Assembly (NCBI GenBank): GCA_040830495.1
Contig: JBFOMA010000001.1
Span: 303,602-367,601 of the forward strand
Reading direction: 5' to 3'
DNA: 64,000 nucleotides
Source of the DNA: Puniceicoccaceae bacterium
Lineage (GTDB): Bacteria; Verrucomicrobiota; Verrucomicrobiia; Opitutales; Oceanipulchritudinaceae
Shown: positions 47,046 to 57,425 of the stretch, piece after piece
How positions within the stretch are numbered: position 1 is the stretch's first letter
How the letters are laid out: each line of letters starts with the position of its first letter
The notes under the pieces: model-generated
Database searches by the model: none
What the model was told of the DNA's origin: nothing
The model's input: only the letters and a program-made list of their open reading frames with translations
Translations under genes and position numbers: made by a program

Positions 47046-48863
47046 CTATTCTATTCCGTTATTGTGATCCAGCAGCAGTGTTGACTCGCTGACATTGTCG
47101 ACGGCAAGCATTGTGCGCTGATCACCTTCGTAGCTGTTGTTTCGTAACTCAACGTTGCGGCAGTTACGGAAATCGAACATGGCTGCATCCGGATACAAAG
47201 GCTCGGCATTCTTGACCTGCTTGATCGTGTTGTTGGCGATGACCAGTCCATCAACGCGGTCTGCCCAGACGATGCGGCTGTCGAAGGTCTCGATGATGTT
47301 ATTCTCGAAGCGTATGTTCCGGTCGAACATTTCATCCTGACGAAAGGCCTGACCCAGTCGCGGCGTAATATTCAGGACTGCATGCTCTGCCCCACTGTAG
47401 GCACAATAGTTGAAGCGGTTATTGCGGATCGTCACATCCTGCACATTGCCGGACTCAAACCAGTAGAAGCTTTCGCCCCGGAAGAAGATGGAGGACATCA
47501 TGGAGGAAAAGTCGTTATCCTCGATCAGGATCTTAAGCGGGGTCTTGAGCACAATATTCCTCGCGCGGTGGTTTTGAATTGTGCAGCCCCGCAAGGTAAA
47601 GGTGGGATTCCATGTCTTGTTCTCGATGAGATCTCCTGCCCGAAGGCGCCTTGGCAAAGTGTCACGAAATTTCAACTCAATAAAGCGGTCGTTCAATTTC
47701 CTAGCCGAAAGGATCATGTTCACGGTTGTCCGTCGTGGGCTAGGCTGGTGGATGAGCCATACTTCGTCACCCGGTCCGGCAAATTCAAATCCCAGTTGCT
47801 GGAAGTGCTTCAATTCCACGCGAATAGTGTGGTCGTTGATCACTCGGTTCACTTCCACATAGGTGCCGTGAACATTAGTGCCATCATCCAGCATTTGCTC
47901 GAAGCGGCAGCCCTCCATTAGGATTTCGCCCTTGCAGTTGCAGAAATGCGTCGCATCCGCCGTGGCAGAGACAACCCTGTCGGATCCCTCCTTCACATAG
48001 ACACCGCAGTTCTTCAGGGTTGCTGTGTCGGTGCGCTCCATCAGGAAGCCCATTCCAAGGGCGTGGTGAACAACGACGTTCTCCATATGTATGTTGCTGG
48101 AGGACTTCACATGGATCGCCGGTGCATAGCGGTTCTCTCCCTTTGGCCCTTTCGAATTCAGGATAGTCCCCACTTCCGGGAATTGCCTCAGCTGTTCGTG
48201 AAAACGGAGTACCCCGCCCTTACGGCGCTCAACGAACTTTGGCCGGGAGTTCAGGTCCCATGCCCCATGTGCCACCCGCTTTGGGTCTTTCTCGAAAGCC
48301 AGGGAACTACCAAGGCTGCTGTACATGAATTCGTCAATCAGCGGAAACTGGACCTGGCCATTCACCAGTTTCCATGAGAATCCTTCCGTCGAGGGCTTCA
48401 GATCCCGCCAGCCCTCCTCGGGATTCACCGCGATCACTTCTCCCTGGAAAAGGAACGGAATATCCCAGTCGATCGAGAAGTCCCTTGCTGTCACCTTGCT
48501 GCAGTCCTCAAACAGGAATGGCATCACCTGGCCGGAAAAGATCAGCTCTGCCCCGTTGCCTTCGATCTCAACCGACTCAAAGCCACTCAGGTTGAAGATT
48601 ATATTCTTGAGCCCGTTCTCGTGGTTGGTGACGGCACAATACTTCTGGAAGGCATAATCGGGTTTGAAATGGTAAGTGCCCTCGGCAAAGACCAGCTTGA
48701 TATGGGTATCCCTGACCTCCTCGATGGCATTCCGGACCACGGGGGTCATGTCATCTGCGGAAGGGGCGATATGGATGACACGATCTGCCTCAACCGACAC
48801 GGCCGGCAACAGCCCGCCAAGCGCCACCGCCACCATTGCTTTGCCAAAGTTACTGGATCTCAT
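47046..48863 (-). CDS. Secreted right-handed parallel beta-helix repeat protein (pectin-lyase fold; possibly a GH110-like glycosidase)
   Basis: Signal peptide and repeated NxxxxN/beta-helix rungs (IRNNRFNY, NNTIKQVKN, ELRNNSY). The family assignment is tentative. Confidence 0.55.
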   Translation of the reverse strand: MRSSNFGKAMVAVALGGLLPAVSVEADRVIHIAPSADDMTPVVRNAIEEVRDTHIKLVFAEGTYHFKPDYAFQKYCAVTNHENGLKNIIFNLSGFESVEIEGNGAELIFSGQVMPFLFEDCSKVTARDFSIDWDIPFLFQGEVIAVNPEEGWRDLKPSTEGFSWKLVNGQVQFPLIDEFMYSSLGSSLAFEKDPKRVAHGAWDLNSRPKFVERRKGGVLRFHEQLRQFPEVGTILNSKGPKGENRYAPAIHVKSSSNIHMENVVVHHALGMGFLMERTDTATLKNCGVYVKEGSDRVVSATADATHFCNCKGEILMEGCRFEQMLDDGTNVHGTYVEVNRVINDHTIRVELKHFQQLGFEFAGPGDEVWLIHQPSPRRTTVNMILSARKLNDRFIELKFRDTLPRRLRAGDLIENKTWNPTFTLRGCTIQNHRARNIVLKTPLKILIEDNDFSSMMSSIFFRGESFYWFESGNVQDVTIRNNRFNYCAYSGAEHAVLNITPRLGQAFRQDEMFDRNIRFENNIIETFDSRIVWADRVDGLVIANNTIKQVKNAEPLYPDAAMFDFRNCRNVELRNNSYEGDQRTMLAVDNVSESTLLLDHNNGIE

Positions 48864-48962
48864 ATTATGTATAAAAATGGTTAATCTGAATTAGCCAATC
48901 CCTAACGGTCATTGTTTTGGATCTTTCAAGTAGCCAGGATTGCCCCCCCGATTATCCAGCAA

Positions 48963-49877
48963 TCAGCTGTCCTTGTAACTGTTGATTGTTAAATCCAAAC
49001 CCTCCTCAAATGACCATCCCGGATTCCATCCAAGAGCTACCAACTTTTCGGCCGACGCAAATGAGTGTTTCACATCTCCTGCCCGCTCGTCCCTGAACAA
49101 GATCTCCGATTCGGATCCTGTCTTCTCCTTGACCAATGTAGCCAATTCATCGATACGTGTGGACTTTCCATATCCAGCATTGAACACGCCCGTAATATCC
49201 TTGCGTGAACCAAGGAAGCTAAGCGCTGACACGATATCATCTACAAATATGAAGTCTCTCGTCTGACTTCCGTCACCGAAAATCGCGATTGGATCCCCAG
49301 CAAGGGCTTTTGAGATGAATACTGGAACAGCTGAAGCATAAGGGCCTGATGGATTCTGCCGCGGCCCAAAAACATTAAAGAACCTCAGGCTTGCAGTGGA
49401 AATACCATGCTGGGCGTGATAGAAATCCATGTAGTATTCTCCGTCCAGCTTGGTCACGGCATACGGACTCCCCGGCTCAGGTAGCATGCTCTCCACTTTG
49501 GGCATATCCGGATTATTCCCGTAAACAGCTGCCGAGCTTGCGAAGACAACACGGCCAACCTTGGCGTTGGCCGCCGCACGCAACAGGTTCAATGTACCCA
49601 ACCCGTTATCCATAAGGCAGGCCTCAGGAGATTTCACCGACTCGGGAACGCTCACCATCGCAGCCAGATGAAATACAAGATCCACACCTTCCATGCACTT
49701 CTCTACAAGCCCAGCATCCTTGATGTCTCCCTCAACAAATTCCAAGTCTAGACCGTCCAGGTTTTTTGTGAATCCCGTCCTAAGATTATCCAGAATAATT
49801 ACTTCCGCATCCCGGCTCCACTTGTATGCCAGGTGGCTACCAATGAAACCCGCTCCTCCTGTTATCAGAACTCGCAT
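48963..49877 (-). CDS. NAD-dependent nucleotide-sugar epimerase/dehydratase (GalE/WbpP-like)
   Basis: TGGAGFIGSHL Rossmann motif and catalytic YxxxK (YAVTK). Confidence 0.85.
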   Translation of the reverse strand: MRVLITGGAGFIGSHLAYKWSRDAEVIILDNLRTGFTKNLDGLDLEFVEGDIKDAGLVEKCMEGVDLVFHLAAMVSVPESVKSPEACLMDNGLGTLNLLRAAANAKVGRVVFASSAAVYGNNPDMPKVESMLPEPGSPYAVTKLDGEYYMDFYHAQHGISTASLRFFNVFGPRQNPSGPYASAVPVFISKALAGDPIAIFGDGSQTRDFIFVDDIVSALSFLGSRKDITGVFNAGYGKSTRIDELATLVKEKTGSESEILFRDERAGDVKHSFASAEKLVALGWNPGWSFEEGLDLTINSYKDS

Positions 49878-50980
49878 TTCTTAACTTCCCGGCTGATCGC
49901 CTTTTCCATTTTCAGCTGTTGTTCTTCCATTGATTTCACCATCGTGATCTGGGTGCGACATCGGTCAAGATTGTGCCCTTCGCGAAACACTTTGAAATAC
50001 TGGTCCCCTTCCAGATAATCGGTGAGAAACCGCAGCCCGATCTCCAAAGTGATCAGCCTGCCCGAGAAAGCAAGTAGCTCCAATTCCCTGTCAGTAAGGC
50101 AATGCTTCATTTCCGGCAGGTAGCCATCCAGCAGGGCTTGATAGACCTCGAAATCCATCTGTATCGCGGACAGGTCAACTGCATCTTCATCCCCTGTATT
50201 GGTACTGCTGCGAACCATGTCGCCAAAATCATAGAGCACACTTCCTGGCATTACTGTGTCCAGGTCGATGACACAAATTCCTTCCATGCTGGTGTCATCC
50301 AGCATCACGTTGTTCAGTTTTGTATCGTTATGGGTTATACGCTCAGGAATCTCCCCGGATGCAAGACCGTCGACCACAATTCCACAATCCCGCTCTCTCG
50401 CGAGAAACCAATCAATTTCCTCCTTAACCCCCGCAGCCCGGTTCAGCTGGTCACTTTCCAATGCGTTATGAAATTTTCGATACCTGCCGGGTGTATCATG
50501 GAATCCCGGTATGGTCTCGTGTAGTCTCGGGCCATCATAGTCGGAAAGAAGTCTCTGAAACTGGCCGAAAGCCTTCGCTGCCTCCCTTGCCTGTTGCGGG
50601 CTCTCCAATCGATCATAGGTGGAGGCATTCTCTATGAACAGATATGTACGCCAGAAACCTCCTTCATCATCCACATAATACGGTAATCCATCTTTCGCAG
50701 GCAATAGGGTCAGGCATCGGCGACTGCAATCTTCCACACCCAGCTTCCGCAAATGCTCCTGGTTAAAAGCGATGACCCGGTGAACGTTGTCCATCAAGGC
50801 AGGCACATCCTTGAATACCTGGTTGTTGATCCGCTGATGGATGTAGCGGATCCTGGTACCTTCCTGATTGTAGGTGGCAGCGAAGGTATCATTGATGTGT
50901 CCGGACCCGTATGGTACCCCTCCCAGGTATTCTCCTGGAATACTGAAAGCACCTTGTAGCAACTTTATGTTCCTATTCAT
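49865..50980 (-). CDS. APH-family phosphotransferase, N-acetylhexosamine 1-kinase (NahK/LnpB)-like sugar kinase
   Basis: Kinase motifs GHINDTF, HNDTKLNNVM and VIDLDT. The stop overlaps the epimerase start. Confidence 0.6.
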   Translation of the reverse strand: MNRNIKLLQGAFSIPGEYLGGVPYGSGHINDTFAATYNQEGTRIRYIHQRINNQVFKDVPALMDNVHRVIAFNQEHLRKLGVEDCSRRCLTLLPAKDGLPYYVDDEGGFWRTYLFIENASTYDRLESPQQAREAAKAFGQFQRLLSDYDGPRLHETIPGFHDTPGRYRKFHNALESDQLNRAAGVKEEIDWFLARERDCGIVVDGLASGEIPERITHNDTKLNNVMLDDTSMEGICVIDLDTVMPGSVLYDFGDMVRSSTNTGDEDAVDLSAIQMDFEVYQALLDGYLPEMKHCLTDRELELLAFSGRLITLEIGLRFLTDYLEGDQYFKVFREGHNLDRCRTQITMVKSMEEQQLKMEKAISREVKKCEF

Positions 50981-51059
50981 TCATAAACTGGTATTATCAT
51001 TCAGCCAATTTACTATATCGATAATTAATTGATTAAACTAATATTTTAAGTCCAAGGGT

Positions 51060-52910
51060 ATGCAACACATGATCGCGACCATAGAGCTAACCGCCATAGA
51101 CTGGACCATCCTTATCGGCTTTTTTGCCGTTTCCCTTGGAATAGGTGCTTCATTTACCCGGAGGTCCGGCACCGATTCGAACCAATTTTTTCTTTCCGGT
51201 CGCAACATGCCTTGGTGGCTGCTGGGTTTTTCGATGGTAGCCACAACCTTCTCAACGGACACACCCAATCTAGTAACGGATATCGTGCGCAATCACGGCG
51301 TTGCCGGCAACTGGGTCTGGTTTGCGTTTCTGTTGACGGGAATGCTCACCGTATTCCTGTATGCGCGGCTGTGGAGGCGAAGTGAAGTGTTTACTGATGT
51401 GGAGTTCTATGAACTACGCTATTCCGGCAAGGCAGGTGCATTTCTTCGCGGCTTCAGGTCCCTTTACCTTGGTGTGATTTACAATGTCTCCATAATGAGT
51501 GGGGTCACCCTGGCAGCGATCAAGATTGGCAGTGTCATGTTCAACTGGACACCTGTTGAAAGTGTCGTGATCGCGATTCTGGTAACAACGATCTTCAGTG
51601 TCCTGGGCGGATTCAGGGGGGTCATCATCATGGACCTGATCCTTTTCGTCTTCGCCATGGTGGGCGCATTTGCTGCTGCATGGTTTGCACTGGGACATCC
51701 TAATGTGGGTGGGTTAGATGGCCTTTTTCAGAATGACTCCATCAGTCAAAAACTGCAGATGATCCCTGTCGGTTCAGATTGGAGCATGAACCTGATAATC
51801 GGTATTTTTCTCTTTCCATTACTGATCCAGTGGTGGGCGGCATGGTACCCGGGTGCTGAACCGGGTGGCGGGGGCTATCTTGCACAGCGCATGTTGGCCG
51901 CAAAGGATGAAACCAACGCGCTTGGCTCAGTCCTGTTCTTCCAATTCTGTCACTATGCACTGCGGCCATGGCCATGGATCATTGTCGCACTGGCTTCGCT
52001 CGTTGTTTACCCGGACATCGCCTCCCTGAAAGAGGCGTTTCCCCATGTCCCGGATAGCAAGCTTGGGGAAGACCTGGGCTACTCGGCAATGCTCACACAT
52101 GTTCCTCCATTCTGGATGGGCATTATCGTGACATCCCTGGCCGCGGCCTACATGAGCACGATCTCCACCCATCTGAATTGGGGTTCCTCATACATTGTAA
52201 ATGATTTCTGGAAACGCTTCATCGAGCGGAATGCATCTGAGAGCAAGCTTGTTCTGGTCGGCAGGGTCACCACACTGGTGCTTGCAATCCTAACTGCGCT
52301 TTTCGCCCTCTCCCTCCAGAACGCACTGCAAATATTCGACTGGCTGATCAAGATCGGGGCCGGAACCGGACTGCTGTTCATTTTGCGCTGGTTCTGGTGG
52401 AGAATCAATGCATGGAGTGAGATCACTTCGATGATTGTCTCCTTCCTTTCGGCTTCCGTCATTTCACTACTCAGCCGCCATTTACCAGCCTGGGGTTACT
52501 CACAGGAGCTCGCCGACAATCTGGGCAGTTGGCCGGGAACACTTCTGGTAATCGGACTGACAACAATTGCATGGATCATTGCCACACTCTTTGCTCCACA
52601 AACGGATCGGAACACCCTCCGCAATTTCCTGGCTGCTACCAACCCGGGTGGTCCCGGCTGGAAGCGAATTGAAGAGGAAGCCATCGCGAAAGGACATCCG
52701 ATTCAATATAAACACGAACCAATAAACCTTCCAGCCGGTTTACTGGCCATGGCTCTGGGAAGCCTGGTGGTTTACGGTGCACTCTTTTCTGCGGGATTCT
52801 TCCTTTACGGATACCGATTGCCGGGATCCTTTTTAGCAGTGACAGCGATCCTCGCCAGTGTCGGCATCTACAGGCTGTGGCCGAAACTGACTGACAGTAG
52901 GAATCAATAA
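51060..52910 (+). CDS. Sodium:solute symporter family (SSF) transporter
   Basis: About 13 TM helices and an SSF signature region (FFLSGRNMPWWLLGFSMVATTFSTDT). Confidence 0.85.
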   Translation: MQHMIATIELTAIDWTILIGFFAVSLGIGASFTRRSGTDSNQFFLSGRNMPWWLLGFSMVATTFSTDTPNLVTDIVRNHGVAGNWVWFAFLLTGMLTVFLYARLWRRSEVFTDVEFYELRYSGKAGAFLRGFRSLYLGVIYNVSIMSGVTLAAIKIGSVMFNWTPVESVVIAILVTTIFSVLGGFRGVIIMDLILFVFAMVGAFAAAWFALGHPNVGGLDGLFQNDSISQKLQMIPVGSDWSMNLIIGIFLFPLLIQWWAAWYPGAEPGGGGYLAQRMLAAKDETNALGSVLFFQFCHYALRPWPWIIVALASLVVYPDIASLKEAFPHVPDSKLGEDLGYSAMLTHVPPFWMGIIVTSLAAAYMSTISTHLNWGSSYIVNDFWKRFIERNASESKLVLVGRVTTLVLAILTALFALSLQNALQIFDWLIKIGAGTGLLFILRWFWWRINAWSEITSMIVSFLSASVISLLSRHLPAWGYSQELADNLGSWPGTLLVIGLTTIAWIIATLFAPQTDRNTLRNFLAATNPGGPGWKRIEEEAIAKGHPIQYKHEPINLPAGLLAMALGSLVVYGALFSAGFFLYGYRLPGSFLAVTAILASVGIYRLWPKLTDSRNQ

Positions 52911-53061
52911 CTTTTCTTTCATCAAGCCGGCAAAAGCCGCAAAATGGCACAAATTTCGATTCCTTGTATGCATTATCATATGTCCAGAGATGTAAGTGAT
53001 GTGTTAGAATCAGTGCTTTTCACGTGGACTGATAGAAATATTTCAACTCACTACTTAAAAC

Positions 53062-54885
53062 ATGAGATCCTCAAAACTTAACCGCCGCCAATTCCTTGGA
53101 GCCGTCAGCTCCCTCTCCGCCGGTGTATTTGCCCCCGCTGCTCACGCCATCAGTGGTACCCGCAACAAGAACCATTTACTCATCGAGACAGCCCACTTTG
53201 ACAACAAGGGCGGCTGGAAGCTGGATACCCAGTTCCACAACATCCTTGGGTTCAGCTACCTGCTGGCGCATGGCATGGGTGAACCGGTCAATGATGCCCG
53301 TACCAAGGTCCGCTTCCCGGACAAGGGCAAGTACCATGTCTGGGTTCATGCCAAGGACTGGTGTCCAGGCGACTGGGAATCACCAGGCCGCTTCCAGCTG
53401 ATGGTGGACGGTGAACTGCTGCCGGAAGAATTCGGCACCCAGGCAGGCTGGGGCTGGCAGAAGGCATCCCCCATTGAAGTGGAGGATACCGATGTCATGA
53501 TCCGCCTGAAGGACCTGACTGGCTTTGAAGGTCGCTGCGGCGCCATTTACTTTACCAAGGAGGCCAGCGAAATACCACCTGCGGACTTAAAGGAGCTGAC
53601 CGCATGGAAGCTCGAGAAACAGGGAATGAGCACAAAGCCTTCAGAGGTAGAGTACTTCGATACTGTAATCGTCGGTGGTGGCATCTCCGGATGTGCTGCT
53701 GCATTGGCCGCAAGTTCACAGGGAATCAAGGTTGCATTGATCCACGCACGCCCTGTGCTCGGCGGCAATGCCTCCTCCGAGATCCGTGTCCACACAGAGG
53801 GCATCCATGGCAAGGCAGCGGACTTCCTTGAACAGATCGACACGCGCCACTGGCCCAACGGTTCCCCGGGAGCGCATGAGGACGACCGCAAGCGCCATGA
53901 GGCAATGGAATCGGCCGAGGGTCTGGAGCTTTACCTGAACCATACGCTGATCGCCGCCAAGACAAAGGGTGACAAGATCGAGAGCGTGGATGCGGTTGAT
54001 CCGGAAACAGGAACCCGTCGTCGGTTTGTTTCGCCCGTTTTCATAGACTGCACAGGCGATGGCTGGTTGGGCTACATGGCAGGAGCGGAATTCAGTTACG
54101 GTCGCGAATCCAAGCACAAGTACGGTGAGGCATGGGACCAGCACGGAGAACTGTGGAGCCCTGAAAAACCGGACGGTCGTGTAATGGGAAGCAGTGTGCT
54201 CTGGCGCTCTTTCGAGAACACAGCCAAGAAAACCTTTAAGTTCCCGGATGTTCCCTGGGCGAAACCGGTAGTCGGCAGCTATGCTGCTACCAATGGTGAA
54301 TGGCAGTGGGAATACTCCGCCCCGGATAAGCACCAAATCCATGATGCCGAGGAGATCCGCGACCACATGTTCCGGGCGATCTATGGCTGCTTTTCAAACG
54401 CTAAAAAGCGGCCTGAAAATGCCCGGTACTACCTGCAGTTCGTGGCCTACAATGCCGGCAAGCGGGAATCACGCCGCCTGATTGGTGACCATGTCTACAC
54501 GATGCGGGATGCAGCGGATTCAGTTGAGTTTGAGGACACGGTTGTCACCGAGAAGCGGAAGATCGACGTGCATTACCAGGAAAAGCTGCTGGGTAAGGAA
54601 GTGGATTTCCTGTCCGAGGCATTGTTCCATTCGATCAAGAACACTTTCTACTACATTCCCTTCCGCAGCCTCTACTCGAAGAACGTCAGCAATCTCATGA
54701 TGGCGGGCCGCTGCTTCAGTTGCTCGCACATCGGCCTCGGCGGGCCGCGTGTCATGAACACCTGTGGTCAGATGGGTGTCGCTACTGGATTCGCTGCCGC
54801 CTTGTGCAGCAAGCACGAGACAACACCTCGCAGCGTTGGGAAGAAGCATCTTGCAGAGCTGCGCAAGCTATGCGGTTATGCCTAA
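53062..54885 (+). CDS. Tat-exported FAD-dependent oxidoreductase (FAD_oxidored family, PF12831-like)
   Basis: Twin-arginine signal NRRQFLGAVSSLSAG and an FAD-binding motif VIVGGGISGCAAALAA. Confidence 0.7.
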   Translation: MRSSKLNRRQFLGAVSSLSAGVFAPAAHAISGTRNKNHLLIETAHFDNKGGWKLDTQFHNILGFSYLLAHGMGEPVNDARTKVRFPDKGKYHVWVHAKDWCPGDWESPGRFQLMVDGELLPEEFGTQAGWGWQKASPIEVEDTDVMIRLKDLTGFEGRCGAIYFTKEASEIPPADLKELTAWKLEKQGMSTKPSEVEYFDTVIVGGGISGCAAALAASSQGIKVALIHARPVLGGNASSEIRVHTEGIHGKAADFLEQIDTRHWPNGSPGAHEDDRKRHEAMESAEGLELYLNHTLIAAKTKGDKIESVDAVDPETGTRRRFVSPVFIDCTGDGWLGYMAGAEFSYGRESKHKYGEAWDQHGELWSPEKPDGRVMGSSVLWRSFENTAKKTFKFPDVPWAKPVVGSYAATNGEWQWEYSAPDKHQIHDAEEIRDHMFRAIYGCFSNAKKRPENARYYLQFVAYNAGKRESRRLIGDHVYTMRDAADSVEFEDTVVTEKRKIDVHYQEKLLGKEVDFLSEALFHSIKNTFYYIPFRSLYSKNVSNLMMAGRCFSCSHIGLGGPRVMNTCGQMGVATGFAAALCSKHETTPRSVGKKHLAELRKLCGYA

Positions 54886-55863
54886 ATGCGTAACTTCGTT
54901 AACTACGCACTGCTTTTCAGTTTCCTGATCCTGGCGATCTCGGGGATACTCAGTTTCTTCGAGCCCTTCAAGCTGCTCACAACACGGATCCACATCGTCT
55001 TTGGATTCACCATCATCCTGCTTGTGCTTATCCATGTTGCTGATCGACTGCGGTATTTCAAAAAGACAGCCAGGTCCCGCAAGAATCGAGGCCTACCCTC
55101 CCCTCAACTGTTCATTGCACTGGTTTTCGCCGTGCTGCTCCTTGCTGCAGCAATCCGTAACTGGTGGCCGGTCCGGCAGTTTATCAACCTCGGGTATGAA
55201 GCTCAAAACAAGGCAGCAATTTTCAGGGCAGATGCGTTCACGGCCTTCAAACCGGTGAACGACGGTGCAATTCTCAAGCACGCTCCCAGCGATGCCGTCC
55301 AGGTCCGGCTCGAGATCGAATGGGGCGCTACCATGTCGGAAGCAAAGTCAGTCCCACAGATCGCAATCTGGGCAGAGAATACAACCGGCATGATGATCAA
55401 GACCTTCTTCGTATCGGAAGCCAGTGCCTATTCAGAGGATCTGCAGTTCGGGAATGATAAAACGCAGCGGGTGGCAGTTCTTCCGGTCTGGCGTCATCGC
55501 TACACTTTATTGAGCGGCGTGGATCCCGAAGGAAAACTGGATGGTGCCTCAGCGGCTACACCCGATCACAGCTTTTCCATCGATGATTACCTGCGGGCGG
55601 ATTCCAGCCCGTTCTATATCTATGTGGAAGTAAACCTTCCGGATGATCCCAACCAAGCCTATCCGGACGGTCAGCCATCCGTAATCTACGGTGCCTACAT
55701 TGAGACGGAGAAAAGAAAGACCTATCACCTGCTTCCGATGGTCGCTCGTGGTACCCATGAAAGCGATCCAAAGGGTCACATGTACTACGACTTAGAGGAG
55801 CTCACATCGGCAAGGGATATCATCGAGAAGATACTGGTGAAAGTCATACGCGAGTGGGAGTAG
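54886..55863 (+). CDS. Membrane protein with N-terminal DUF4405-like (cytochrome-b-like) helices and a C-terminal soluble domain
   Basis: Its ATG immediately follows the stop of the FAD oxidoreductase (TAA ATG, translationally coupled). Four TM helices with conserved His residues (RIHIVFGF, LIHVADRL). Confidence 0.55.
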   Translation: MRNFVNYALLFSFLILAISGILSFFEPFKLLTTRIHIVFGFTIILLVLIHVADRLRYFKKTARSRKNRGLPSPQLFIALVFAVLLLAAAIRNWWPVRQFINLGYEAQNKAAIFRADAFTAFKPVNDGAILKHAPSDAVQVRLEIEWGATMSEAKSVPQIAIWAENTTGMMIKTFFVSEASAYSEDLQFGNDKTQRVAVLPVWRHRYTLLSGVDPEGKLDGASAATPDHSFSIDDYLRADSSPFYIYVEVNLPDDPNQAYPDGQPSVIYGAYIETEKRKTYHLLPMVARGTHESDPKGHMYYDLEELTSARDIIEKILVKVIREWE

Positions 55864-55947
55864 CCCTCCACCTGCCTTCAAAATTTTCACGGTATTGATT
55901 ACAAATACCCATGGTGGGAAATTGCTGGTTAGTGTACAATTAACGCA

Positions 55948-57420
55948 ATGTCCAAAACACTGATTTCCTCACTCCTCCTCGCGTTAGCATCGACAATTCT
56001 TGTCCAGAGCTCCGAGCCCTACACGCCCGACTGGACATCCCTTCGCCGGCACAACACACCCGAATGGATGGAGGACATGAAGTTCGGCATCTACTCCCAC
56101 TGGGGGGCCCAGACTGCGGTAACCGCCAGCGGCAATATGAAGATGCCCTACCATGAGGCGATTCCGCTTTGGGCTGGCGAGAACTTCGACGCCAAGGCAT
56201 GGGTGGACCTTTTCGAGGCAACCGGTGCCCAGTTTGCCGGGCCAGTAGCCTGGCATGTCACTGGTATGCTGAACTGGGATTCCAAGCTGACCGACTGGAC
56301 CTCTGTGAACAAGGGCCCGAAGGTCGACATCTATGGCGAGCTGGCGAAGGAGATTCGCAAGCGCGACATGAAGCTGATTGCCTCATTTCATAGCAGCACG
56401 CTCTGGGGCCCGCTATCTTCATCAGACAGTCGCTACCTTGCCAGTGACTCGACCAATGATGACATCCGCTACGACGAGCACGGCTACATGACCTCTGCCT
56501 ACCTTGAGGGTTGGCTGGAGCGCATGCAGGAAGGTTACGAGCTCCACAAACCCGACATGGTTTGGGTGGACGTAGGTTTTGGTGGCACAGTTCGTGGTGT
56601 CCTTCGCGGTTATACCAAGCAGGGCAAACTCCTGGATGGGCAGAGTAACGAGGTTCCCGGAATTCGCGAGGACATCCAGCAGCGATACATTGCCGGTTAC
56701 TTCAATGCAGCGCTTGAGTGGGGCAAGGAAGTTGAATTCATCTACAAGTCATTCGATGTGCCACCGGGTGTGGGCATGCGCGACATTGAGGACGGCAACC
56801 TGGACGGCCTTCAGTGGGACCCATGGATGGCGGATATCGACATGATGATGCACCACCATTACCCGCATCCCTGGTTCTATAACCCGAAGAACCCGGTGAA
56901 GGATGCCAACATGCTTGTGGACATGCTGGTCGACATCACGAGCAAGAACGGCCGCATCCTGCTAAACGTACCTCCACTCGTGGATGGCACATTCCATGAG
57001 CGCATAACTTCCGAGCTTTATAAGATAGGCGATTGGCTGAAGCTGAACGGGGAAGCAATCTACGGCACCTCGCCATGGGTTCTCTATGGCGAAGGACCAA
57101 CCTCCATCACCTCCCCCGGGCACCATGGCCAGGGAAAGAATAAGGGCGTTAACATTGCCAAGTTCACCAAGGACGACATTCGCTTCACCCAGAAGGGAGA
57201 CACGCTCTATGCCACCTGTCTTGACTGGCCGGGCGAAGAGCTCCACATCCGGGCACTTGGCTTCCATGGCAAGCTCTACCCCAACCAGATCAAGTCGATC
57301 CAGCTGCTTGGATCGGATAAGAAACTCGAATGGACCCAGACGGCTGAGGAACTTGTCGTGAAATTCCCAGCACAAAAGCCATGCGAGTTCGCCTACGTCC
57401 TGATGATTGAGAGGCGGTAG
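55948..57420 (+). CDS. Alpha-L-fucosidase (GH29), secreted
   Basis: Signal peptide and the GH29 signature (GIYSHWG, HSSTLWG, WVDVGFGG) with a C-terminal beta-sandwich. Confidence 0.8.
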   Translation: MSKTLISSLLLALASTILVQSSEPYTPDWTSLRRHNTPEWMEDMKFGIYSHWGAQTAVTASGNMKMPYHEAIPLWAGENFDAKAWVDLFEATGAQFAGPVAWHVTGMLNWDSKLTDWTSVNKGPKVDIYGELAKEIRKRDMKLIASFHSSTLWGPLSSSDSRYLASDSTNDDIRYDEHGYMTSAYLEGWLERMQEGYELHKPDMVWVDVGFGGTVRGVLRGYTKQGKLLDGQSNEVPGIREDIQQRYIAGYFNAALEWGKEVEFIYKSFDVPPGVGMRDIEDGNLDGLQWDPWMADIDMMMHHHYPHPWFYNPKNPVKDANMLVDMLVDITSKNGRILLNVPPLVDGTFHERITSELYKIGDWLKLNGEAIYGTSPWVLYGEGPTSITSPGHHGQGKNKGVNIAKFTKDDIRFTQKGDTLYATCLDWPGEELHIRALGFHGKLYPNQIKSIQLLGSDKKLEWTQTAEELVVKFPAQKPCEFAYVLMIERR

Positions 57421-57425
57421 ATGCC

